A stretch of 64,000 bases of DNA, taken from the NCBI GenBank assembly GCA_951406725.2, contig OX597816.1:150226001-150290000 (forward strand), in the 5' to 3' direction. Positions 38,452 to 52,050 of this stretch are shown piece by piece (position 1 is the stretch's first letter; the number at the start of each line of letters is the position of its first letter). The notes beneath the pieces were generated by a model. That model had not been told where the DNA came from. It did no database searches and was given only the letters and a program-made list of their open reading frames with translations. The DNA is from Octopus vulgaris. Lineage: Eukaryota. The translations under genes and the position numbers were made by a program.

Positions 38452-38491
<40 letters not shown>

Positions 38492-41400
38492 CAACAAAGT
38501 GCTACCATATTGACTTGGTGCCCCCAACTGCCAGCTCTACCTCCATGAAAAACTGCATATCCTCCAACAACTTGCAGTATCCATCATCAAGAAATATGAT
38601 TTATCATATTACGTTCGCCAGAGATAGGCCCTCTGGTAAATTTCAGGCCTAAGACTGCCAACAACCTGGATATACCACCTAAGCACCAGCTGCTACTCTG
38701 CACTGTCTGCACCAAGGTCACTGCTACCAACCAACCCCATGAGCAGGACCATCACTTATGAATCTCCAACGTTTACCAAACCTCAATGCATACCAATCCC
38801 TAGTGCTTACCAATTCCCAACGCTTGTTTTGCATGTGTATACTTGCACATGCGCATTGGTATGCATGTGAGTTTACATATGTACATATGAATGAATACAC
38901 ATGTGTATGTGTGTATGCATGTGCATTCATGCAGACATACACATGCATACCAATGCACAGATGTGCACACATACATCAATATACACATGCATGCAAAACT
39001 ATATGAGCACGTCTACACACCTACATATAGAACTATATACTTGCATATGATGCCCTTTCCTACTTCTGCCCCCAACAACCTGACTGATTTCTAATTGCTA
39101 TGCACTCTATTTTCTGATCTCCACGTGGTCACTTTCCTGTTCACCATGCAGTATTTTCCAACTAACTATTACCCATAAACCAACATTAAACCACGACAGT
39201 GTGTTACCTTCCTCGACCAATTGCAGCCCACCTTACGACAATAACAATCAACTTCTGTCATCCAAATTCAAAATGGCTGATGACTAGCATCATGCTTGAA
39301 ACTCAAGAGTACCAACAAATGTTTTTATCCATATATATATATATGTATATATCTCCAGTAAATCATAAATCTGAAAGAGAGCAGTAGAGTATATAGATAG
39401 ATATGGCTGGTCTATATGCGTGTGTGTATATGTATGTATGCATGTATGTATGATACACAAATTTTTTAGTACTTAGATAAAAATTCCCCACGAAAATGAA
39501 ACTTAATAGGAGTTAATGTTAACTCACTGATCCAAGATAATAACAGCTCAATAAATACAGTTTTCTTCATGGCTTTTCTGGTTTTTCTTACATCACCAGT
39601 GATGATATAGTAATCCACAGACTGATACCACTCCATTAGCTATCAACTGCTGTTCTAGAGCAAGCAAATAAGGATATATATATATATATATATATATCTA
39701 TTTCCAAATGTGTACAATTGTAGAAACACCTGCCAGGCACTTTCAGCACTGAAGTTTATGAAGTCTTGTTTTAATACCAAGTACCGTACACCTACTTTGG
39801 CCAGGTTGTCTGAACCAGTGAGAAATAAATGCCTTTACTATGGACACAGGATACAAATCATTGATCGTTCTTCAAGTAGTCAGCATCCTATCAACATGGC
39901 CAGCTACAACTCATATTCAAATAAAATATAAACATTTGTAATAGTTAGCAAACCCCTGCTTTTAGAGGTCAACCAAATACAATTGTTATTGTTTGCAATA
40001 TTTCAAAATCACTTGGCCTCAACCAACTTTTCCATCAGACACTATTGGCGCCATCTCATCAGAAATATTTCTGTTCAGTATATTCCAAGTCTAGTAGAAA
40101 TAATCAATAGGTAACTTTCTTAGCTAAAACAATCACTTTATTTAGCAACTATTAATATTGTTTCTACTTGAATGCAAATAGTACTAATCTAGTAATCTAG
40201 GATGTGATAGGCAAGCATTTTATGGCAGAAGGCAAGTTCTAAGTATCAGGGAACCTGAGTTCATTATATGGTTTCGATTTCTAGTGGCAGCTATTTAATT
40301 ATATTTCACATTGCTAGCATATATATAGAAGGCATGAATATCACAAAATACATTTCTGTTTCTTCTAAAACCTTATTCTTCATGTTTCTCTGGAGAAATT
40401 TATAGAAAACTATCCCAATGTAAAAAAACTCTGGTATAAAGACATCAGTGTAAAAACATTATCATTGAGTCACATCATGTCATGACCATAAAAAAGACAA
40501 ACAATAATAATATAAACAAATACTTGTGGACGGAATCTGTTAGAACAGACTACAGGAAAAAGTTTGACAGACTCCCCAATCACTAACTGGTAGGCAATTA
40601 GAAAGAGACTAAAAGAAGTCTAAAATTTTGATATGAGTATTCAGGCATGAAGATTAATACAACTAATAACTATTTGTATTTTTGTATTTGAGCTCAATAC
40701 AAGACCTATTTTTGGAGGTTGTGTGTTGTAGAACACTGTATAAGTTTAGTTAATCGTTTAGCTAACTATTTCATCAATGGCTAGATAAGACAGTCCCAAG
40801 TGGATTTCAGATCAGGAACTGGATAAATAAAAATGTAACTAATCTAGTCTAGTGCTTCATATTCACTAAGGATTTTATTCCACTCTTCTTTTTTCGTTTC
40901 AGGCTTTAAAGCATTAACAGCAGTTTTTATGATAGGATGTTCACAAAAGTCATTTCATAGAAATTTCAATGCTAAGCCAACTCACAAACTGATGCAGTGT
41001 AAAACAGCTAAAGGGCAAAAGGGGGAAAATATGGTGGTGCTAATGAGACTAATCATAAATAAAATTGTAATGCTCAAAATGAATTGCAACTGGATTAAAT
41101 CAAAGATTATCACAAGATTATGAAGTCTCAAATTTTAATAGCGCATTTCTCACTGGTATAAATAGGTAGCACAGGATAATGCATCTTTCACTGCAATCAG
41201 TGGGGGCACAATAAATCTACAAGTATTTTGATAGCCTGCAGTTCTGAGTCAAATGCTTCATGTGTGTAAAGAGGAGAGGACTGGTGGGCTTTCTACAACC
41301 TAAAATCTTCTGCACAATTTAATTAGCCTTAGTATTGAACCCTGAGCTCAACATGTCAAATATTCTTTGTGCATATACAACAGGCAACAAAAAACATCAA

Positions 41401-43724
41401 TACTGCTACAAATCTAAGTCTTCACAATTTCTGATGAGTTTACATAGTAACCACACAAATATAACATTATGAAACTGCCTTCCAATGACTTCAGAAGAAA
41501 ATACTTCAGCACACATTAATAGCTAACACTTTAGAAAACTCAGGAAAGGCACACATTAGCGTATTGCTCATATAAATATATAGACTGAAGTTGCTACTGC
41601 ACATACAAACATCCTAGACTGTATTTGAAAAGATATTGAGCTGATTGATAAAGGATTTATTCGTCAACACACAACCACTACAAATTGTAACCTTCTCTAT
41701 TAGTGTTGCTACAATGGCTCCTGCTGTTTTGATCTTGAAAGTAATTACACCTGATACAGCACAGTAGTTGAATTCACCTCTTCTCCTCTCATCACTTCCA
41801 TGGAGTCACACCCACTAATAACTTTGCTCAATTTTTCCATCCCCAAACTTCCCCACTCAAAAATTTCTTCCTTGGCCATGATTTTTCCAGATACTAAGCC
41901 AAAAAGTTAAAACTAAACATTAATTGCATGAATCACATAAGACTAACATTTTATGCCACACAAGATTATAATGCTGTTAATATTTATTTAAAGGAAAAGT
42001 TATGTAAGGTGAAAATTCCAGAAAGTTGCATTTACAGGAAAAATAGAATATCTAAGTACAAGATCTATTGTGTTAAATAAGTAAAGGCTTACTTATTAGG
42101 AGGATGGAGTCTTTTCTTGGATGCAACTTAGAAATGAATGTACATGTGTATAGAAGCTATGTGAATAGTACTTGCATGCAATAAAAGGTGTACCACTATT
42201 TGAGGTCAAAGTATTTTTGGTCTTCAAGAGTCAACGCAACTTCTGAGAAATAGTCTTATGCACAAAATGTAAAATTTGCCACAAAAAAATATATACTTTA
42301 AAACAAATAGATTCATGATGTAGGAGCAGTTAGGATTGAGAAATGACAGATACAATGTCAGAATAAAATATCAGTAAAAAACAGTATCTAGAGTATTAGG
42401 TAGATAAGAATTCATGTACAAAGCTGGTATTGTTTCTCTATTACAGAGTTCATATTGTCCAATGGGAATGTATGATGCTGTTTGATAATGAGCTATGGCC
42501 TTTATAGGTAAAATTTTCTGAAAGTAGTACTGAAACCAGTATAATTTACTGGATATGTGAAATAAGTTTGAGAAACGAGTGCTATTGTAATGCTGATAAG
42601 CATTGGAATCATTTCTTCATGGATACAAGAAACTATAAGTGCTGTTTCAAATAATGATAGAAACTGAAATAAGTAGGAAAGACAATGTAGTGAAAAATAA
42701 ATTTAAGTGTTAATAAGGTTTACAGAGAAACTGACATGGAACAGAAAGTGAAGTAGCAAAATTGTACTTCAATTCTGTTTAACTCATTCAATTATGGCGA
42801 TATACAAGTTAACCTTTCAATGATGATGATATATAAGTGGTGGAATGTGAAGTAGAGAAAGGAGAATAAAAGAAAGACAGCAACACTCTCAAAATCACAT
42901 ATTGTAGCCCTTTCATCCTCTTTTTCCCTCAGTCTAACTATTTATTATGCAATGTGTCTGATAAATTGTTATATTACAACTTTCTCTTTGAACTTTAGAA
43001 ATAAACTTCAATCAAATAAACTAAATATAGTTAGGATAGGTGAAAAAAAAAAACAAGGAAGACAAACAATCAGAAAAAATAAATACACAGAAAATAAACC
43101 AGTATGGTTTACAAGGAAAACAAAAAAAAAAAAAACTATTTGTGAGCTTTAAATCAAAAGAACTTCAAAAATTAAAAAACAGAATGCCAGAGACATTCCA
43201 TCTAGAAATATAACAATTGATTATTCATGCAAAAGTAAACAGAAAACAAAGTGTCTGTCCATTTCCTACCAAAGTATATACAGAGATCAACATACTTAAA
43301 ATTTGAAATAAAGAATTCTAAAATGCACACAAACTTGTCTTTAAAACATACCTTAAAATAAGGAAATTATTGAAATATTTTACTTCTCATCTTTACACAC
43401 AAAAAATTACATTTATCAATGCTGCAAACTATATTCATATATTAAATACTGTTATCTAATTGATTTGATTATTGGTTACTTTTTATCACCATCATCATTT
43501 TATATTGGTATAGATTGGATGGTTCAATAGGAACTGATAAACTGGAGGACCACATCATGCTTTGATGCTTCAGTTTTGACATGCATTCTATGGCTGGATG
43601 TCCTTCCAAACAAACAACCACTGTATACACTGTATTAGGTGCTTTCTCATGACATTAAAACTAGTGAGGTCATACTGTAACTAGCAAGACTAAAGTTCTA
43701 AAAGTTCTAAAGTTGCCTTCTAGG

Positions 43725-43957
43725 GTCACTCTGATTCATATGGGGCTAGTTTCCTGGTTTCCATGGCATATATATTCCCCACCTGGACAGGACACCGGTC
43801 CATTGCAGGTTTACTCATTTCTGCCACCTGAGTGGATTGGAACAATGTGAAAGGAAGTGCTTTGCTCAAGAACGCATCGCATTGCCCGGTCCAGGAATTG
43901 AAACCACAATCTTACAATCATGAGTCCAACACCCTAACCACTAAGCCACACGCCTCC
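43725..43957 (-). mobile_element. tRNA-derived SINE family E, near full length
   Basis: Minus strand has head GGAGGCGTGTGGCTTAGTGGTTAGGGTGTTGGACTC (A box) and GGTTTCAATTCC (B box), then AACCTGCAATGGACCGGTGTCCTGTCCAGG. Confidence 0.75.
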
Positions 43958-44944
43958 TAACAAGACCAAAATCCTGTCGTGACTGAAAGAGTGATGACTA
44001 TGAGAGGATCTGAGAGGATCAGATTTATTGTTGTGAGAGGGGAGCGGTGGAGAGAATAACAGAGTAGACACTTGAGAGGAGGGAGGATGGAAGGGACAGG
44101 AGAAAGGGGAAGTGAAAAAATAGTGTCAAATAAGGCTAGGAGGAAGAGAGCATGAAAGCGATGAGGGTGACGAGGAACCAGGAAGGATGTAAGAGGAGGG
44201 TCATTGCAAATGAAGAGAGGTGTGGGAGGTAATGGGAGAAATAGGGAGAAGTTAGGAGAGCAGTGAGTGTAGCAAGAGCAGTGAGAAAAAAGTGACGCCA
44301 GAGGAGATTACATGAACAGAGAGGAGAGTAAAGGATGAATAGGGAGGTGGGAAAGAAGTAGGTTGATACAATTAGAGCATCCAAGACACTCTTCTTGTTA
44401 GCTTTTTTTATGCCATGCTTGTTCGATAAAGTGGATTTTCTCTTAGACAGAATGTCACCAATTGTGAGGATTAGTATTTTGAGAAGAGATTTCAACACTC
44501 TGTCCTATATATTTCTAAATCTTCCTTTTCCATAAACAGCATCCACTTGGAGTGCTTGGTATACCAGCTTTCATCATCCGTATGCATTGCATACGGATAA
44601 TGACAGTATACCACTGCAGTTTTCTCTCTAGTGAACTACAACAAATTCTTCTTAGACACAGTTTTTCTCTCAGATAATTTGTACTGCATTGTTTGTGCAC
44701 AAAGACATACACACATCCAGTAGATCATGTTGGCTTCACATTCTTTCAAACTACAAAATTCAAACTATTAAAATAACTAGCATAGTATGAGTACAAACTC
44801 AGGATTTAGATACATTACATTTAGTCCACCAGCATGAAAAATGGATAGTGGATGATGATGATTAGGCTAACTTAAAATATATATTCTTTTCTTAAATGAG
44901 AGTGCCAATTTAATGTAAAATGTAGAAAATGTATTAGAGTTAAC

Positions 44945-44953
44945 ATATACATA

Positions 44954-44991
<38 letters not shown>

Positions 44992-45162
44992 AATGTGTGT
45001 GTATATATATATATACATATGTGTATATATATATGTATATATATATATGTGTGTATATATATGTGTGTTTATATATATATATATACATGTGTATATATAT
45101 ATGTATATATATGTGTGTGTGTGTGTGTGTATATATACATGTATGTGTATATATATATATAG
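44945..45162. repeat. (TA)n/(TG)n compound microsatellite
   Basis: Visible directly in the sequence. Confidence 0.9.
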
Positions 45163-46103
45163 TGTACACTAAATCATATACACTAAAAATCACGATATAG
45201 TGTGTAAGTGGTAGAAAGAGAGAGAGAGAGAGAATCACTCTAACACAATATGATGATATCCAAAGAAATTATATCAAATTTAGAACATGCCTTCAAGAGA
45301 TGAATTAACTCATTTTGGAAACTAGGAGATAAGTACAGTTAAAAACATCATTATAGCCTGGAGTATAATTGACAATGACTCTTCATACACTGATGGACCA
45401 AAAAGATGGATGTTAAGGTAACTGGAAAAGTTTATATGCTCAAGCACCAAAACTCACCATCTGACTTCTATTAGTCAATGATAGGTGGAGACTTGTATCA
45501 CTTCAATCCACCATTGTCCATGTTCAAGAATTAATTATGAACAAATTTGCCTGTGTACTTTAAATATGTATACATTAGGTTCCCTGAAGAATAACTCAAT
45601 TTCATTTTTCATTTGTAGTTTAGAAGCTCATGAAGAAGGTTGAACATGAGGTCTCAAAAGAAAGTGTTTCAATGTCAGAATATAAAATACCAGTAAATTT
45701 CACTGATTATTCATTCCTTACTTCTTTGAGGTAGATGTTCATATTCTGAAAGCTGATGGAAGGTGGATTAAAAAACACATTGACATGTTGAAGAAAAATT
45801 TTGTTCAGAATTATATTTTAGTTTATTTAGGGCTACATTGTCTATTGTGTCCCTCCTTTCATAAGGTGGTTGAAGTTTGAGGGAGAAGTTCAGCTGGATC
45901 AAGCAACCATACTGAGATCTCCAACCTGCATTAGATCCAAGTGTCATCTGCTAGTCGCTGCTTAGCATACATCTATGCATGCACATGAATGCATAGATGC
46001 ATGCTAAAACTTCAATAAGGTTAATGTTGGGTGTATGTTCTGAAGCCTGAGAGATTTTTTAAAAACTGAAACCATGAATAAAACGGTTTTTTTGTCCAGA
46101 ATC

Positions 46104-46624
46104 GGCAAGACTTCCACCCGTCCCCACCAAAAGACCATCCTTTAAAAAAAAATTTTTTCGACACAAACCCCACTTTTCGGCTATGGGGAATACAAATCTT
46201 CAAAAAAAATTGAAAAAAATCAGCATTATAAAATTTAACCTCCCACCCCATTTCCTTCATTTTTTTTTTTTTTTTCTTTTGCTTTTTCCACAAATTTTTT
46301 TTTTTCAAAATATGTGGAAAAATATGGAGATTATGATTCTGAAAAAAATTTCCCCAAATTTTTTCTGAAGGATTTTTGTTTTCTAAATATGCAGGAAAAT
46401 ATGAGCATTATGATTCGGACAAAATTTTCAAAACATTTCTGTAGTTACGGTTAGGGTTAGGGTTAGTGTTGGGAAAAAAAGAGGGGGGAATTCAACAATG
46501 CCAATTTTTTGCAATTTTCCAGAACCTCCGTACCCGAAAACGGGGGATTTGGGCAAAAAAAAAATTTTAAATAAACAAATTTGGGAAAAATACGGGGGGG
46601 GGGGGGGGGGGCCGAAGTCTTTCC
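46104..46624 (+). mobile_element. About 520-bp non-autonomous DNA element with short TIRs (Merlin-like), copy 1
   Basis: Begins GGCAAGACTT and ends AAGTCTTTCC. It has internal (TTAGGG)2 and homopolymer runs and is homologous to the reverse complement of 49379-49885. The TSD is degenerate (CCAGAATC/TCGTAATC). Confidence 0.75.
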
Positions 46625-47989
46625 TCGTAATCTCCGTATTTTAAAACGTGCAAATTACACGATTTTCAGAAAGTGTTTTTAATGCTTGTATGATTCACAC
46701 GTTCTTAACGTTGAAATAAAACACCAACTTCGTAATCTGTATTACGTACTTTCGTATTTAAACCAAAATCATGCACTCACACACATGTATGTATGTGTGT
46801 GTGTCTATGTATGTATGTATATTAGTTTGATAAGTGCTAACGGACCTCGAGTCATTCTGTTACTTCAACTAAATAATATATATATATATATATATATATA
46901 CGCACATACACACACGAGAAAGCGACTAGATAATAGAAAATTGAGTATTCCAACCCAGAAAGATTAAATATTACAGATCATTAAATCTTTCGGATCAAAA
47001 GATCCAATCTTTCTTTATATAAATATTTTCTGCTCGTCATCTAGCAAAAGATCCAAAGCTTAGATTTCGTTGCCATCAAATACTTGCTGACATCTATAGT
47101 GTGTCGTCTGAATGAAAGTAGACGTATACCTATTATTCCATTTAGAGTCAAATAATTACATCACTGTAAAGATATTTTATAGTGATAGATATTATTACTA
47201 AATTCTTTTTCAAACACTCAATTGATACACACTAGTATACATGAGGCTTCCAACAAACTGCATTTGCAAAACAGTTCTGATTTTCACTCGAAGCCATTTC
47301 TCCTACCGTAGTTCATTTTCATTGGGAAAATAGAAAGAGAAGTCATCTTATATTGGAAGACAGGAAATATAGACATCTCAACAAACGCTTTTGGTAAACT
47401 GAAAGCGGTACATCATTTTTGTTAAATTTGCGTTATATTGGGTAGAAATGAAAATCTAATATTTATTTCTTAAAAAGAAAACATCAAAGAAATTACGTCA
47501 AAGATTGCACAGAACAAGGTTGCTTTCGGTAAGATCAAACATATATAAACTGTTGTCACTAAGAGCGAAGGTGGTGGAAAAGTGACCCGAAGGCATGCAA
47601 CAGAACCCATCTTTGCATATGGAAAGGCTTATCGTTACAGAGGTGTTCCTCAAACGAATATTAAGGATATCCTATACAGATAAAGTAACAAACGTCTGAA
47701 GTTTTCAGAGGAGTAGAAATCAGTAGAAATTTTCTTAATGTAAGGAGTCAAAGCTCAGAACATTTAGTGACAACTGGAAAATTGAAAGGAAGAAAACACC
47801 AGAAGAAACAGACTGAAGTAGAACTCAAATATCACAAAAGAAAAGATGTCATACTTCATTTAACTACCAGAAATAACAGTCAAATAAAGTTTGTTTTTTT
47901 TTTAATTTTTTTTTTTTTAGTTTTATGATCACAAAATGAAAGTGAAAATGATCGTATGCAATCGGTATTAACAAAAAAAAAATGGAAAT

Positions 47990-48140
47990 TATTTCGTCTG
48001 AGTTCAAATTCCGCCGAGGTCGAATTTGCCTATCATCCTTTCGGAATCGATAAATTAAGTACCATTGTGTACTGGGGTCAATCTAATTGACTGGCCCTCT
48101 CCCCCAAAATTTCGGGCTTTGTGCCCAGCGTAGAAACGAA
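47990..48140 (+). mobile_element. SINE family A copy, CpG-intact
   Basis: TCTGAGTTCAAATTCCGCCGAGGTCGAATTTGCCTATCATCCTTTCGGAATCGATAAATTAAGTACC. Confidence 0.8.
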
Positions 48141-49378
48141 TATCTCCACTATTTTCTGATCATAAAACGAAAGAATTGCGTCAAATAATATTCTAAGTGT
48201 TTGGCGAGAGTCATTCTGTTTTAATGACGTATTCATTAACACACTCACCGGTTAGATTTCCACTCATTTACTTCTAAGTGTTTTCTTATCAAACAATGAA
48301 GTGTAATGATAACGCAATTGTTTGAGTGTCACGCTACTAACAACTAACAACTAGAACGAAATTTAAGACATAATCGAAATTTTCAACACTATGATACAAT
48401 GTTATGCTGTTATATTACTTTATACCTATAAATTTATCCATCAAAACGCAAATGACAACATTTATAAAACGTAATTATTCCACGGGTCCCGCTACGTTAT
48501 GTAGATTATACCTATGCTGAAAAATCATGTTTAGTCAACGTCTTGAATAAAACAAGCAAAAACCACATTAAATCAATCATTTGTTGGAGCGTTCCAACGA
48601 TAATACTTATTTCAAGGATTCGTTAGCCATGCATATAGTCAAATGAAATCAGGAAAAGACTTCTTTATGTACCCCCGATAAATTTTTTTTTCAATATTAC
48701 ACATGATGGAAAATTGATTTCCTACCACGTCTTATAATAATGATGAGAAAGTCATAAAAATTAAGAATTTCTATTAAAAAAACTTAATTTCTGTATTATG
48801 TATATTCATGGCCTAATTTGCCTTCACGTTAAGATCCAATGCTTTATTAATATTGTTATTGTTTTTTGTTTAAATAATAATGATTTCTTTTAAATGCGAA
48901 CACATCTTGATAGTATATACTTTTTGATCGTTGGTAAAAAGTGAAAGGTATTAAGTGAAGTAGCTTTCATATGATCGGAAGAAATTTCAATGTTGTGCTC
49001 TGTCTGATCCATCAAATATATGATTAAATGCTTTTCCAGTTATAGCCATCCACTTTTTCCCCTCCAACATTAATGCATCTAGAAGTATATATTGTTTTTC
49101 TTCTCATTTTAAGATGGGATTGTGTCATTTGAAAGAGATCTGACTACTATTTCTAACTGGTCCATGGACCATGCAGAGCCTTGAGTTGGATTTTGTTTCT
49201 AATTACGATTGCTTTTGTTAACGTATACAGTCTTCCCGGTACCGCATTAACGTTTAAAAGTTTAAAATTTTCAGGGTCTCTTCGTTAAATGTTTTATTAT
49301 CATAGATAGGAAAAACCAGAACATCGCGTGAAACGCTCTGCAGTCGTTATTCCAGCTCCAAGTTCTACTTTCAATTCC

Positions 49379-49885
49379 GGAAAGACCCTCCTCCTTTTTC
49401 TCCCAAATTTTTTTTTTTTTTTTTTTTTTTTTCCCAAAACCCTCGTTTTCGGATACGAAAGTTTCGGGAAATTGCCAAAAATCGGCATTGTTAAATCCCC
49501 CCCCACCCCAGATTCTTAAATTTTGACTTTTTCCCCAACACTAACCCTAACTATAGAAATGTTTTGAAATTTTTGTCCGAATCATAATGTCCGTATTTTT
49601 CCGCATATTTAGAATAAAAAAAATTCTTAAAAAAAATTTTACAAAAATTTTGGAATTTTTTTTTTTCAGAATCATAATCTCCGTATTTTTCCGCATATTT
49701 TCAAAACATAAAATTTGTGAAAAAAGTAAAAAAATTAAGGAAATGGGTGGTGGGGTAATTTAAAAATACCGATTTTTGCCTTTTTTTTTTTTGCAGATTC
49801 GTATTCCCCCATAGCCAAAAAGGAAAAAATGTGTGGGAAAAAATATATTTAAAAGGATGAGGTGGGGGGGGGGGCAAGTCTTGCC
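49379..49885 (-). mobile_element. About 510-bp non-autonomous DNA element (Merlin-like), copy 2, with 8-bp TSD
   Basis: GGAAAGAC...AAGTCTTGCC, flanked by the perfect TSD TCAATTCC (49371-49378 and 49886-49893). It appears inserted in a decayed family A SINE. Confidence 0.85.
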
Positions 49886-50004
49886 TCAATTCCCTCCGAG
49901 GACAGCTTTTCCTTTCGTCTTGGGGGAAGGGGCGGTGTCGTTAAAATGAAGTGTAATTATGTATTGGAGTAACACTCCCCATAAATCTCGGCCCTTGTGC
50001 TAAT

Positions 50005-50208
50005 ATTGGCTTCAAATTTTGGCAAAAGGCCAGTAATTTCGGGGGAAGGGATAAGTCGATTACGTCGACTGGTATTTAATTTATCGACACCGAAAGGATG
50101 AAAGGCAAAGTTGACCTCGGCGAAATTTGAACTCAGAACTTTAAGACGAACGAAATGCTGCTCATCATTTTGCCCGGCGTGAAAACGATGCTGCCAGCTC
50201 ACCACCTT
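50005..50208 (-). mobile_element. SINE family A copy, CpG-intact
   Basis: CGAAAGGATGAAAGGCAAAGTTGACCTCGGCGAAATTTGAACTCAGAAC...TGCCAGCTCACCACCT. Confidence 0.8.
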
Positions 50209-51588
50209 CTAACTAATTAATATTGCCTTCTACTTTTATGTAGGATTGGATAAGGGCTAATCCAATATTCTGAATACTTTCGAGATCCAATACAGTTTAA
50301 ATTAAACAAATTAAATAGCAACAGTAAATAGGCAAACTTCCTTAATTTTCGCCGGATACTAATTAACAGACTTGCCATACTATTTCTTTATTTTGATACA
50401 TTAAAATCATCAAACGATAATTGGGATTCTTAAATAAGAAGGTTCACCATCGGTCTCGACGATAAGTATTCAATTGTTCGATCAACTGACTCGTGAAATT
50501 AACGTCTAAGCGACTGAGTATTCCACAGAGACGTGTATCCGCGCAATTCTCAAGTTGAATGAGAATGGTACCATGTGTTAAGACCATGTTTTCTAATCCA
50601 ACTCGATAAAGAAAGAATGAGAGAGAAGAGGAAAAAGGAAAGGGAGTCGATCTTTAGTACTGAACTGGTATTGTAATTATCAACCCTGAAAGAAATGAAT
50701 GTCAAATTTAAGCCGAGCGAGGGTTTGATCTCAGCGTACAAAGCCAGAATAAATGTTGCAATACATTCTATCCAACGTTCTTGTGATATTTTCAGTCAGA
50801 TTTCCATGACTACTTTTCTCATGATGTCGATAAGAGAATAAAAGAAAGGAGTGACATATCTTTTCCGAACAATTATGTAACAAGGCAAGAAATACTTAGC
50901 GTAGATTTATAACAAGTGTACTGACGAAGTACAATTATTTTCCTTTTCAGTGACAGCTTAAGTCGATATCCGTATCTCACTGGTACTTATTTTATCGAAT
51001 CTGTAAGGGGAAAGGTAAAGTTGACCTCGATGGAATTAGTACCCAGAACATTAAAGCACCAAATCCAGGGTTTATCTATCTTCGATTTTTTTTTTACAAG
51101 CATGATGCCCAAGATTTATAAACAGTTGCGACATTCGTACAATAAGCTGAAATGCACAAACGAATTTGAACTAATACGGGTAGGAACGGTAAAATAAATA
51201 AGTGAATAAAATTATGTAGATGAACATCCAGGTTAAACGTTGAGTTTTTGTGTTATTTCCTCGTTAAATATGTAAGGAGAGCTGTGGAAGTCATCACAAT
51301 ATTGAATAAAGAGAAAAGATATAATATTCAAAACTAGCTTTCATGAGCACTAATCATGATATAACAGTGCGAAAACTACGACAGAGGTAAAAAAAAAAAA
51401 AAAATACGCACACTATTTCAAAGAAAAGCATAAATTTAATGTTTAAAATAGCTTTAACCAAGGAATGAGATCCAACATTTCTTCACTTTTTCCAGAATTT
51501 CTTCTCTTTATTTATTTTTTTTTTTTTGCGAAATATGTACAAAAATACGGAGTTTATGATTCATGTGTGAGTGTGTGTTCTTGATACT

Positions 51589-52050
51589 CGTTTAGAACAA
51601 GTAGTTTTACACCAATTACACTATTTTTTCTTAGTTTAAAGGCCGTGGACTGAAGATGTGAAATTTCCGAAGCCTCTCCCCCACCCCCCTTTCGCGAGCG
51701 CGCATTTTTTTCATGATAGTCGTTTAGAGCAAGTTGTTTTACACCTATTACGCTGTTTTTGTTTTTGTTTTTGTGCCCGGTTCAGACGCTTTCGGAAATT
51801 CCCGATATAAATTTTCCGAGGCCTCTCCCCCACCCCTCTTTCGCGAGAACGCATTTTTTTTGTCATATTCGTTTAGAGCAAGTTGTTTTACACATATTAC
51901 ACTATTTTTTTTTTGTTTTGGTGCCCGGGTCAGCTCCTCAGACGCTTTCGGAACTTCCCGATGTGAATTTTCCGAGGCCTCTCCCCCACCCCCCTTTCGC
52001 GTGCGCGAATTTTTTTTTCATATTCGTTCATAGGAAGTTGTTTTACGTAA
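51589..52050. repeat. CpG-rich tandem repeat, about 3.2 units of 130-156 bp
   Basis: CGTTTAGAGCAAGTTGTTTTACAC variants start at about 51589, 51721, 51870 and 52026. Each full unit contains TTTCCGA(G/A)GCCTCTCCCCCACCC..TTTCGCG. Confidence 0.8.

Noticed and set aside
39585-39660. Possible first exon MEWYQSVDYYIITGD|gtaag on the minus strand
   Set aside because: It ends in phase 0 whereas the Cav1 exon needs phase 1, and there is no other support.
38480-40090. Possible very old LINE endonuclease remnants
   Set aside because: They are too decayed to show a diagnostic motif by eye, and a translated HMM search would be needed.
43880-43957. tRNA-like sequence (also at 4823 and 53607)
   Set aside because: A/B boxes continue into SINE bodies and no complete cloverleaf is evident, so these are SINE heads rather than tRNA genes.
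46449-46466. TTAGGG repeats as a telomere or interstitial telomere
   Set aside because: There are only 2-3 units, internal to a MITE.
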